Below are positions 1 to 11,211 of a stretch of 64,000 nucleotides of DNA, in pieces (position 1 is the stretch's first letter; every line of letters begins with the position of its first letter). The stretch covers positions 1 to 64,000 of the forward strand of contig ADNK01000343.1 of NCBI GenBank assembly GCA_000320545.1, read 5' to 3'. The stretch comes from Bigelowiella natans CCMP2755. Its lineage: Eukaryota > Protista > Cercozoa. The notes below the pieces were generated by a model. The model saw nothing but the letters and a program-made list of their open reading frames with translations. It searched no databases and was not told where the DNA came from. The position numbers were made by a program, and so were the translations under genes.

Positions 1-224
1 TCCCTCCACCCCTCGTTCTGAGGATGATGTAGATAAAAATAATACTCGTTCTCCCCCCTCGTACTCTAGAGCAATTCTCCCTCTCCCCTCTCTTCTCTCT
101 CTCCCCCCTCCTCAGATATCAGTATCTACTTGATGTATAATAGTATCCTCCTGGTCATCATCCTCATCGAGAGAGACATCATCATCATCATCAGCGGAGG
201 CGGGGTAGAGGAGGGGGAGCGCAC

Positions 225-720
225 TCATTTCACACCCTTCGGTAAAAGAGCGGCACTAAAGTAGCGGTTAGTGTAAGTCTTTGCCAATAAATTTTCCCGT
301 CCCCCGCGTACCTGAAGGCCCTATAATAATTCACAGCAGCAATGCAATGCAATGGTGGCCATGGTGATAGTATTGGTGTTGATGGTGGTGGTGACGATGA
401 AGTTCTATTATTTTACAAGCGCTAACGGTGCTACTACTTTCCAACAGTATTTGTCTCATCCTTCTTCAAGTTGATGTTACTGTGTGTGTGTGTGTGTGTA
501 TCTTCTAAGACCTACCATAAACTGCCTACAGTACTAACAGCGAGACTCTTTGTCGACTGATCATCGTCGGGATATTGAAGTGCTGCTTCTAATGTAGCTG
601 ATGCAATATGAACAGGTACTGTGGGAAGTTCAACCTATAAATAATAATGGGTAGTAGCATTATAAAGAGGAGGAGGCGGTGGTGGAGGAGGAGGAGGAGG
701 AGAAGTCGTGAGTGAGAAGT

Positions 721-752
<32 letters not shown>

Positions 753-2177
753 CTCCAAACAAAGCAAGAGTTTCTCCAAGTTTCTTGTGACTGGTTTCTG
801 ACTGATTGAACCTCCAATTTGACCTCCCCCTAAGACTATCACTATTACAAGTAACTACATGCTTCTCACCAACGACTGCAGCCTTGATATGGCGTCTTTG
901 GTGGCTCGATCGACATCCTTTTTCATATCCTCCTGGATCTTTTGAGCGTCTCCCAAAAATTGTGACGGCAAATCGGAGTTGTAAATAGCATCTATCGCTT
1001 GGGAAGCAACCGTTTCCAGCTCTTTCTGGAGAACAGCTGCTGATTCTGCCACCTGTTCGAGTAAACATCATTTGAACTAAGGACAATGGCCAGGAACGAT
1101 GCATCAAAGTAGGCTACTACAAGTGGCACAAAATGTATTAATCGTTCAACAGGCGCTTGGTGGCTTGTCAGCAGTTAGATGCTACCACCTACCCGCTTCG
1201 TTGCCTCTTCGTCGACCCATACTGGGAATTCACCACCACCACTGCTGCTGCTACTACTACTACTACTACCACTACTACTACTACTACTGAGGTCGTTGTT
1301 ATTGTAGGTATTTGCAGGTGCATCACGTGCTCCTGTCGTTTCTACCGCCTTGGTACTCGTCTGCTGCTGCGTATTGGAGATTTCATCATCATCATCATCA
1401 TCATAATCACTTGAGTTTTTAGTCTGGATTCCTGTGACTGCTGACATTTGTGAAGAACCTTGCTGTTGTTGTTGCTGCTGCAGCGATGGTTCCTGTCCGA
1501 AGTTGGCATTGCCTTCGTGTTGGTGTTGATGTTGGAGGTGGTGTGCCTTATTATTGTGGCGGTGGTGGCTCACAATTTCTTCTGGGGTTTTACCTCCCGA
1601 GACACGATTTACAGACACCATATTTTTGGAAGGGGATGATACTGAAGAAGATGACGATAAATCTCCATTATTTTCTGCTTTTGTCTGTGACTTTGCATTG
1701 GTGGTGGTGGTGGTGGTGGTGGTGGTGGTGGTGGGGGTGGGGGTGGTGGGGGGTGTCTGCGCTACGAACATTGAGCGGTAAAGTCCCTAGGCGTTTGATT
1801 GTTGGAGAGGAAACAAATCTTTGCCTACCTAAGTACGGTGTAAAAATACCCGCCTTTTGAGAAGAAATATAGCGTTCGTAGTCATGGTGGATGTGATGAT
1901 GCAGTCTGTGCTGCTGTTGTCTCCCCCGCACAAAAGATGAAAGTCTGGGTTTATGTGTAGCAAGACTTTTGGGTGTCGTTCCCAGAGTGCTGAAGGTAGG
2001 GGTTTGCGCTTGTGCTTGTAACCCCGAAACTGATGGCGCTAATATTAATGTAAGGACTGTCGTAAAAAGCGCTACGACTCGATCGCGGCGACTAGAGTGA
2101 AGTGACTGTAATGACGATATGCTAGGATCCAGGGAGAACAGAAAAGCGAAGGGCAATGATCGACATAATGATGCCAT
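225..2177 (-). CDS. Spliced hypothetical protein with a bipartite (signal peptide + transit peptide-like) leader; probably plastid-targeted
   Basis: ORF from 2177 has a hydrophobic stretch (VVALFTTVLTLILAPSVSG) followed by an S/T/R-rich segment. Low-complexity coding sequence continues in another frame after a G6 run at 1748-1753. Further GT-AG exons read VAESAAVLQKELE...LQSL, VELPTVPVHIASATLEAALQYP and VRGGRENYLAKTYTNRYFSAALLPKGVK*. The 3' end is uncertain. Confidence 0.5.
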
Positions 2178-3530
2178 CGGAGGCTACGTTGCCACCACAA
2201 CTACTCCGTTGTGCTTCCGCTGTACTCCCTTCCCTCGGAACTATCCAATGCCCTTCCTTCTACGGAATCCTGACGAACAAACCAATTTAATTGTTTCGTT
2301 CAGTTACGTATGAGGAAGAGAGAGATTACACACGATATTTTCCCGCCGAATATCGGAAGATCGATTCGACAGGAAAATTGTTTTCACCGGAAAATAAGGG
2401 GGGGGGGGTGATAGCCAGACCTCGTGGGCTTGTCTGAAGTTCAGACTTCACAATGCAAGGTCCAGCTCAATGACCGAGTGTTTTTTTTACATTTTTCTAA
2501 AATTCACATGTCGCTTTGAAATATTTTACGCAAAAATGTGTAAAAAAAATATGAGCATTTGCTCGGTACTTCTCGAATGTCTTAGGCCTCCCAGAACAAG
2601 AGCAACACAGCTTTCTTCAGCTACAACCAGCATCCAAAGAAAATATTTTAGTGATGAAATGGTCGCAAATTTAATCTCATAAATTCCTCAAATTTATGTC
2701 GTATATCTAAATCATTCCTCTGTGGGAAGCTCTAGAAACATCAAGAATCTCAATGAAGGGAGAGGGGTATCAACGGGCAATCATCCGAGAAGGAGCCGGG
2801 AATGGTTGATGGATGTCGAACACGAACACGAATCTTGAACACACATGCTGATTTTCACCAGAGAGTCCTCGTTTTCAGCTCGAGGCACTGCGTTTCGCAC
2901 TTTGCAAAGTGCCACGTTGGAAATGCAGTAGATCAGTGAACTTTCTTTCTTGAATCTTGAATCTTGAGTGGTTGTGTTGGCCCACGCACTGCGAGGAGTG
3001 CCTTGTGGCATGTTGCGCGTAAGGTGTTCACAGGCCGAGGCGCTACGTGCACAAGTAGGCAGGGGGGGGGAAAGGCACGTTTGCTTCCTTTTGAAGAGTT
3101 GTGTTTATTTTTATTAAAGATTATATTTTTATTAAATCGTGCACTGCGTAATCATTCGCGAAGCTTTCGCGAATGCCGCCGCACGTGGGGCAGCACACTT
3201 CCGGTGTGCTGCCATGAGTCCCGCCGGAACCCACGTGCCTATGCTGTATTAATATCTACGTTATCTATATTCTATATCCGCGACAACCCCTTTGTTGTCG
3301 CACGTGACTTGAGCACTGGTATAAGGTCCTGGGGGACCTTGATGCAGAGGGCTGGTATGGACACGAACCTAAGGACGAAGGTGAGTTCTGGGTAAGCGAC
3401 AAAGGAGATAAGGTTAGAGAGGAATCTATTACCTGGTGGTTGGTGAAGTTCCGAAAGCGATGAAGGTCTAAGGGAATAAGGAAGGAAGGAAGGAGCAACG
3501 TGACTTGTGCCCGCGTAGTGGTACGCGCTA

Positions 3531-4826
3531 CAGGCAGCAACCAGCCTGGCAGCGCGCTCCACGATTGTCTGTGCTGCCATGCGAAAACACTTTTTCCTTC
3601 TTCACTTCTTTCTTGCACGTGTGCGTGAAAACGTGAACCCAACGATTCGTTCATTGCGACGTTGTCACGGTGTGGACGTGCGTGCTCTTGTTCGTCAAGT
3701 CTTTGCCCGTGCGCACGTGGTTCAATCGAAGAACAGTCCTGGAGCCATGCTAGCATGGCCAGTCTAGCAGTGGCCTGTGACGTGTGTCGGACTTTCGGAA
3801 AGAAATCAGGAGGCTCGGAGGTGTGCACACGTCCAAATCGTTCGCTCCGCCGAGCTAGCGAGAGCGACCAGCGTTGGCTGGCTGGAGCACCAGAGCCAGC
3901 TAGCCAGAGCAGTGGGGCAACGCTTGCACTCAGCACCCATGGACACCGGCACACGCCACGTGGCGCGCAGTGGGTGGCGGTCGGTCTAGCTAGCCAACGA
4001 TGCGTGTGTGCACACTGCTGCAGTGAGCACTTTTTTTTCTCCACCTGTCACCACAACTGGGTCGATCACTCGCGTGCGCGGCTGCGTGCGCTAGTGCGAT
4101 TTGCTAGCTTTGGCACCTGATGGAGGACGCAATTCCAAAATTGTTGATCGTGCGCGTCACCACTCCGTCATCAGCACACAGCACCCGCCAAAACGTTCTC
4201 AGTGAGCTCAGCGGCACATCGCAGAGCGCGTTGGCACGGCTGCTGCGATGCCTCAACAATTAGACACGCTAGCTAGCAAGCAGGTCACTCGATCAACTCG
4301 CCGAGAACCACCAGGTCGATCAGCAAGTTCATCGATCGCATTGCAGCGACAATGCAATGCGTCGATGTTTCTGCACTGTCAGCAGCTCCAGAGACAAGCT
4401 AGCAAGTTCTAGGCAGCTGGCGCTGCGCTGTCTTGCGTGCTTGCGTGTGCCCGCCCATGCACACTCATCATTGTGTCGCGCTGCTAGCGCGGTGCACGCG
4501 CGCCTAGACGTGTGGAACACGGACACAACGCTGCGTGCATGCCAGCATGCGCACATGCGCAAATCGCTGCCGTGCTGGCGTGGCTGCAGATTCACATGGC
4601 TAGACGGCGCAAACAATGATGCAAGCAAAATGCGCATGCATGCATGCGATGCATCGCACATCTGACATCTAGACATGCACACGTGAACACCAACACTTTG
4701 AAAAAAGGTTTCATTGTCGGGTCTGAGCCATCTTTCACAATTGAGGTTGCATCAATGATGTCAGACAATGGTCTTCAGCGAAAAACTTTGATTTGGTCAT
4801 CATCCCTTTTGAATCAGTGGACAACT
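3531..4826. other. TpA-depleted, CTAG-retaining intergenic island 1
   Basis: Manual count: 17 TA dinucleotides in ~1.3 kb, 16 of them in CTAG and one in TTAG (4260). TG/CA/TGCA/CATG are abundant. Confidence 0.9.
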
Positions 4827-4827
4827 G

Positions 4828-5450
4828 CTAAACTTTCAACATGGACCATCGTGACTTTCTCAATCTGATGGACGAACCTGACCCCCTGACCGCAAAATCT
4901 TTCATTCCCTCCGCTTCAACAGGAAACACGCGTTCACGCATGAATTGCATGAACCGATTCTGATAGAAACGTGGTTCAACACAAGACAACTCCTTCTCAG
5001 CGTTACATTTGAGTACGACTTTTGCTTTCTGTTCAACCCACTTTCCCCAATTCCAGCTTTGTAGTATGTCGATAATGCCAAGATGGTACACAGCTGGACC
5101 GCGCACAACTTGGGCATACAAGACCCTTGTTGGGTCCGATTCTGGCCATTCAATCTCGCTCTTGCTAGGACGAATACTGGGCATTAGGGGATTCTCATCT
5201 CCACCCTCTGATCCGGTAGGAGCAATGCCAGATACCTTTGTGGCAGCAGAATGCGCTTTGGATTCCCGGGTAGGACGTTTGGTCCTTTTAGTTCGCTTCC
5301 GCTCCATTTTGATGTCGTTTGTGCCCATCGCCAAGGTATCATCTTCTCCATTAGCTTCCACCGAAGCAGAGTCGTTCTCATCTATTGTGCCTATTGAAAC
5401 CAAACTATGTTGGACCGTACTCAATATAATCTCTTCTCTCTCATCCACCC

Positions 5451-5494
<44 letters not shown>

Positions 5495-5516
5495 ACACAA
5501 ACACATGCAAGCGTCC

Positions 5517-5594
<78 letters not shown>

Positions 5595-8526
5595 GAGAGA
5601 TAGAGAACGTAGTGCTAACCTTCGCTGATGTTACTTGGTCTCTTTTTGAGTTCTCTCCGGCCACTTGGAAGGCTTTTCGATAAAGCACCAGAAGAACCAT
5701 GTTTTGTCTCAGTAGCAGAATTGATATCCTGGCTTTTGCCTCTTGTCACCGCGGGAATGTCCGAAAAATCTGAGCGGTATGTCGTATAATGAACTCCCAA
5801 CAGTAACGAATAGTCCATTATGTTCAGAGATGCCAAAAATTGCGAATCGGCCTGAAGTTGGCGTAGTATTTGGTCTGCAGTCTCCTTCCTCACATGCAGA
5901 CCTTCCCGCAAATCATTATCTTTCATTGTACTGGAGCCTGGTGGCGTAGAACGGTTGATCGTTGATCCCTTCAGGTCAAATTTCGCATGAATTTTATACC
6001 CCTTGGGAGCGTCGAATATATTATTGAAAACGCAGAAGTACGCAACACCATCGTACATTCGAACCGAGTATGAACCAAACATACGGATGATCAAACTGTG
6101 AGGATGTTTATGCATGTGCCACGCGTAATCATCGACAATGTCCATCAGCAAATCATGCTCCTCGTGTGTCACAGTCTTGACAACGAATTTTCGGTCGGCA
6201 GTGAAATAAAGAAAAGAATCTGATTTTCCCTCCGAGAAGTTACGTCGCATTTGTTCGACATCACCATCAAAGGACCGCTTGTATCTGAAATATACATAAT
6301 TCAAAAGTCTATCGAAGACCTTCAGGTTTTTTATTCATCACGTTAGCGTCACCATCATCATCATCATCACCATCATCGCCACCATCATCATCACTTGTAT
6401 GAGTACTCGAGATCGGATATGTTGAAGGTTTCACGCAGGCGTCGGAAGATGCGCGGCTTGTAGGCGTGAAAACCCAAACGTTCGATTTCTAGGGGATAAT
6501 CTTGAGGGGCCTGTTGCACAATATTATATTTATTTATATGTTTACATAAAAATGTATATTGATATCGTGTGGGTGGATAAATATCGCCTAATTACTTCTT
6601 CGTCATCAGCCACCATGTTCCGAACCCTCTCCCCCAAGATGAATTTGGCCTTAGAAGTATCTGAGAGGCGTCTATACATTTTGGGGTCAAAACTGTCCAC
6701 TGAAAACTTGCGTTCTGCTGACCCCAAAGGAAAACGTATCGACGAATGAGCACGCCCGCTCAGTCTGCAGTAGTAAAAACAAGTAGGCAGGTAGTTAATC
6801 ATTTAGTCATAATTATGTGCTTTTTTCATACTCACAAAATTATTTGCAAGCCATAGAGGGGCACAATAAAGCCGGAGCCGCAGCGCAGTTTCATCTTAAA
6901 TATGGTCGTTTACAAACCTTTCTCCTCTTTCTAGTCCAACTTGAATATTTTCTTCAAGGCTAGAGGCTTTTGCTTTTGTATACTGTTGCTGTATTTCCTT
7001 CTGCTCTTTTCCTAAGTAGTTAGAACTTTGCAGAGAACCTCCACAGCTCTTGTGTCGCATGTTTTTGTTCGTAGCACCAATAGATGGGAGTACTGAAATA
7101 GCTGTTTCGCCAATACCTTCTGAAGTAGCTACAACAAATTCCTTCCGTAAATCTTCCGAAATGTCAGGTTCTGCCTTATCAATCTTAGAAAGAATGAAGG
7201 AGCCGTTTGGTAATAATCGTTCCTGTTCTATCTCATACTGAACATCTTGGTGGTATGTGTACAGCCAAATTCCTAGGTCGGAGACTCCCGAAAGTCCGAG
7301 CACAAATGACATAAAAAAATCGACAATTAGCCGCCAGTTGCCAGATTTATCCGGGATCAAGCCAAGGATGAACAACAGGATATATGCGCTCAATACTGCG
7401 GCATAACACTTGGTATACCTAACGTTATTCATTTGTCAATATCTAAAAGCAGAAGTCATAGGTATTATTAGGCAACAAGTAACTTGAATATTCTGTGTCT
7501 TATTGCCAATTTTATTTGCTAAAGTGCATCCTACTTTTTCGCCTGTTGGATGCCCTTGACTCTCGTAGCAACCGCACGAAGTAACTTCTTATTCTCGAGC
7601 TTTCTATCAGATATAGTCAGGAGCCAAATACTCACAGCGACAATTCCTGTTAAATTCAAAATAAGCATCAGATTTTGATGTAAGCGAAGTTATATTGTAA
7701 ATGGTACGTAAGAACATATCTTCGGTGATCTATGTACAAATATCCCATTAAAATTTCCACCGTTTTTCTTTCTCACCTAGTACAAAAGCCCCTTGGAGAG
7801 TCGACGCGATGATGAGAAACCGATCCCAAGCCTCCGGTTTGTGAGAAAGCAAATCTTTGTGGGGAAAAGAGCACATGCCAAAGCTCGCATCGTAGGCTGG
7901 GTTAATTGCAGATAGAGTGCCGACAAAGAGCGATGTGCAGAAACCGAACACACCCAATCCTCTCATCTTCTTGTAAGTCTGACGAAATGGATCCGTGACG
8001 GAAACATACACATTGATACCTAACAGAAAGAGAGAACAAATATGAGTCTTGGCAAGTAGTCTTAAATATTGCACATGATTTATTACCGACAGAAAAGAAG
8101 AGACAAATGCTCATCATTGCTGAGAAGTTGGTCACGAAGGCTAGCGCCGGGTTGCAGTCATAGTCGTAGTTGTGATCAATATTGTCGCTGATTAAGTCGA
8201 TTTGCGTGTAGACCATACACGTTGTAAGTACAAGCGAAGCGAGAGTTCTGCCGTAAATGATTAAACTTGGCCACTTTCGTAGTGGGGGATATCGAGTCAT
8301 AACCGCTGCCATAAATATCAACCTGAAGAGATTACCACCAAATATCGAAATTTCAAATAGTGGTTGGTACAGCCTCGTTTCTTCTCATAAAATACGATTG
8401 GTTTAGAAATCCATTTCAATTGATACATGACTTTGACTCAAACGTCGTACATATTGTAACTCACGCGAGAACGGAGATAAGTGAAGTGATGGTCCATGAT
8501 ATTGCCAAAGCTTTGACTTTCTGCAT
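4828..8526 (-). CDS. GPCR-PIPK: N-terminal multi-pass GPCR-like (cAMP-receptor-like) domain fused to a phosphatidylinositol-phosphate kinase (PIP5K family) domain
   Basis: ATG at 8526 gives MQKVKALAISWTITSLISVLA|LIFMAAVMTRYPPLRKWPSLIIYGRTLASLV followed by further TM exons. PIPK motifs follow: NFSEGKSDSFLYFTADRKFVVKTV, HPHSLIIRMFGSY, KFDLKGSTINR, MKDNDL, DSQFLASLNIMDYSLLLGVH, YHLGIIDILQSWNWGK, SCVEPRFYQNRF. Introns are GT-AG. Confidence 0.9.
5454..5606. repeat. Compound (CA)n/(GA)n microsatellite inside a PIPK intron
   Basis: Directly visible. It lies between a minus-strand donor (~5619) and acceptor (~5391) that join ...NISEG|TIDEN... Confidence 0.9.
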
Positions 8527-9331
8527 GGTTCCTGGAGGGAAGAATCAGCTCCCAATTGCTGGTTACAGTGCAGATCTGAATAAAACATTTTTAATTCATT
8601 TCAATGCAAACTTTTTGATATTGATTATCAATGAATCGATTCTGCATACCCGCAAGTGCTCCTGCCGACCCTCAACCTCCCGCTTTGATGTTATTATGAA
8701 ATCTCAGATTCTCCCACAGCTTTTGAAAAAGAAATACTAAAACCCGATACGATATTCGTCAACGACTTCTCTTCATGCCATTTTTTTTAAAAATTAGTCT
8801 CTTTCACTTTTTAGTCGGAACAACAATTTCAGAACCAGCTTTTGGAATTTCACCCCAATCCCACATGGAGCATAATGCAAACAGAGAACCACCGTATTTT
8901 TTCTGTACGACATCAATATATCATTTTTTAAAGCTAAAATGCGCCCGATACATGGCTTTTGTGCACTCATTTCGGTTACCAAAATATTTCATGTCGCCCA
9001 GAAGATTGATTCGTACGTTTACGCGATATCATCATGCCTTTGAATTTACCGAAAGACTTCCCATGAAAACGATATTGTTGTAGAGATAAATAAAAATGTT
9101 GTGACATCTGTTTTATCTAGTTGGTCAGTGAATAAATAAACCCTACTGTTAACATCCAAAGGTTGCATTCTAGTCATTGGAAGAAGCTGTAGACTATTTG
9201 GTATACCGATAATATCGTAATTATCGACCTCATATTGAATCCATAAGCTGCTGTCGTAAGCTGCTGTCGTTGTATCCTAGATCTAACCGTTCGATATTGA
9301 GGGTAGGGCGGCCCGACCACTCAAAAAGATC

Positions 9332-10073
9332 ATGGAGGGCCTTATCGGAGACGTTATGGCAGGGGAACGAGAAGCTTTGGCGGAGGTCCAAGAACAGTAT
9401 AGATTCTTAGATGCTATATGAAAATACATCTTTATAGGCAGTGGAAAATTTCGAGGAACTAGAGAATTTCCTTGGTGATCTTAAGGCACACCTGGATAAA
9501 TTGTTCAAGATACCACTCAAAGAGATAGATGCCCAGCTAACGCCAATGGTTACTTCTTACATCAAATTGTAAAATAAAACGCAATGCTATACCACTTTGT
9601 TAAATGCGATGCGTGAATCTCAACACTTGGCTTGAAAATTAATTCTCAGGAATCCGCGACTTTACATACCTCCCTGGCCTTTACAATAAATTCTCTCTTC
9701 CACAGTAACTCAATTTTTAATTTGACTACTTAATATGTCTTTCCAGCTACTTATAGGCTGGTATGAACGGTCTCCTAAACTGAACATGTGTCATTATCAG
9801 TGTATCTGAAAACTGAGGGAGTTGACACGAAGAACCACCCGATAAAGCAAGAACTTGATAGAGTCAAAAAGTAGCGTTATATGAAGCTGTTATATCTAAA
9901 AGTACATGCTATGATAATATATATTTCACGGCGGTAGGTACATCAAACGGGTGAAGAATTTAGAAAAGGAAAAGAATGACAAGCATGAATCATCTGGAGC
10001 GGTTGCGAAGCGACGCGTGGATAGGAAAGCTGCCTCTAGAATGATACGTGCTGGGATGAAGAGAAAATTTTGA
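9332..10073 (+). CDS. C1D: C1D/Rrp47 (Sas10/Utp3/C1D family) nuclear exosome cofactor, 5 exons
   Basis: Spliced translation: MEGLIGDVMAGEREALAE|AVENFEELENFLGDLKAHLDKLFKIPLKEIDAQLTPM|ESATLHTSLAFTINSLFH|MYLKTEGVDTKNHPIKQELDRVKK|YIKRVKNLE...RRVDRKAASRMIRAGMKRKF*. The AFTINSLFxMYLKTxG..HPIxxELxRVK motif is typical of the family. It is absent from the ORF track because the exons are short. Confidence 0.88.
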
Positions 10074-10269
10074 TGTAAATCTATTGAACTGTAACTAGCT
10101 GAAATCAGGCACTATATTATCTTTAGAAGCTTGTTGACTAGACTGTGTAAAGCAGCTGTTGGTGCTAGACGCAGTTTTGCGCTGCGACAGGCCACTGACT
10201 GAAATAAATTTATGAATTCAACTTCGGTCGACAATAATAACTAGATATCTTCATGCACGCCTTTTTATC

Positions 10270-10930
10270 AGGTGCGTGTTACAATGTGCATGACACAGGT
10301 TGAGCAACATGGATCGGAAGTGAGCCGAGGCATCGCATGATGTCGATCAACTGCAGCAATAGCGCTAGCAGAACACGCGCATCGCATCCAAAAACAATGG
10401 CTAGTGCGTGCGAAACTAATTTTGACCAAAAGCACTGTGAAAAGGGTCATTTGGAACTATTGGTTTTCATTCAAAATGATCTGCAATCCATTTATGGGCA
10501 TGCGGTGTAATGCTACTAGCATGCACAGTGCTAGAGCAAACACACCATGGCACCACCGACGAGCACTGCTAAATGAGCCATGCACATCTCTAGATCTGTG
10601 CTAGCTGTGCAGCAATGATGGACAAAGCTAGACAGCATGCATGTTGAACACACCTAGCTAGCTAGATACGTGAGTTTTCACAATGCTTGCATGATAGCAT
10701 CGCGTCGCGTGCGTTCTAGCGTTGTTAGATTTGGATTACTATATTGCGCTGTTTGCATGTGTCTACTGACGCCGCGCAATGTTCTAGTGATCTAGTGATG
10801 TAATGTGCGTACGCTACGAGAACGCGCGATGTAGCGATCAGTCACGCGTGTCACCATCACTACCTAGATGTGATCTCCAATATCTCTAGATCTAGCAATG
10901 CAGCTGCTGCTAGCCTGCGTAGTTAGCAGG
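10270..10930. other. Partly TpA-depleted, CTAG-rich intergenic island 2, between convergent 3' ends
   Basis: Many CTAG/GCTAGC/CTAGCTAG sites and TGCA/CATG words. Some non-CTAG TA remains. Confidence 0.65.
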
Positions 10931-11211
10931 TAGCTTTGAACCAGCAAGAATGAATGAGGCTCCACAAAATGACTACCGCCTACATCCATACATCACATAG
11001 TTGCTTGTTATGCGATGGATTGGCGCAAAATTGCAGTTGTGAAATTATTTGCGATTTTGTATATTCATAGCAGTACTATAGAGTAGTCTAGAAGTGCAAG
11101 TGGCTCCTTTGAAGAGACAATGTGATGATGAGCATAAACTGTTTGACATTTATTATCAGCCACAGGGCCACAGCATAGCGGCTTACTGCTTCTAGTATTG
11201 AGGGAAGGCTT

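Noticed and set aside
1735-1760. Apparent frameshift between the 1668-2177 and 1175-1771 ORFs (programmed frameshift or pseudogene)
   Set aside because: It coincides with G homopolymers beside a (GGT)n tract, so a sequencing or assembly indel is more likely. Raw reads are needed.
2433-2447. Short inverted repeat GTCTGAA-g-TTCAGAC, and CTTCCGG motifs near promoters (3198, 13767, 60775)
   Set aside because: Too short and too few to distinguish from chance.
3181-3238. Three-way fold with ATGAGTCC...GGA resembling a hammerhead ribozyme
   Set aside because: The conserved CUGAUGA and GAAA core nucleotides are absent. Kept only as part of the hairpin cluster.
3531-4826. Explaining the islands as CpG islands or as ordinary CpG-methylation decay
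   Set aside because: High GC alone does not remove nearly all TA while keeping CTAG. CpG decay would deplete CG, which remains common, and would not remove TA.
4828-5700. 290-aa ORF with SLSLSL/CVCVCV, and its antisense 224-aa ORF
   Set aside because: Read-through of a microsatellite intron. Only the C-terminal part is real PIPK coding sequence.
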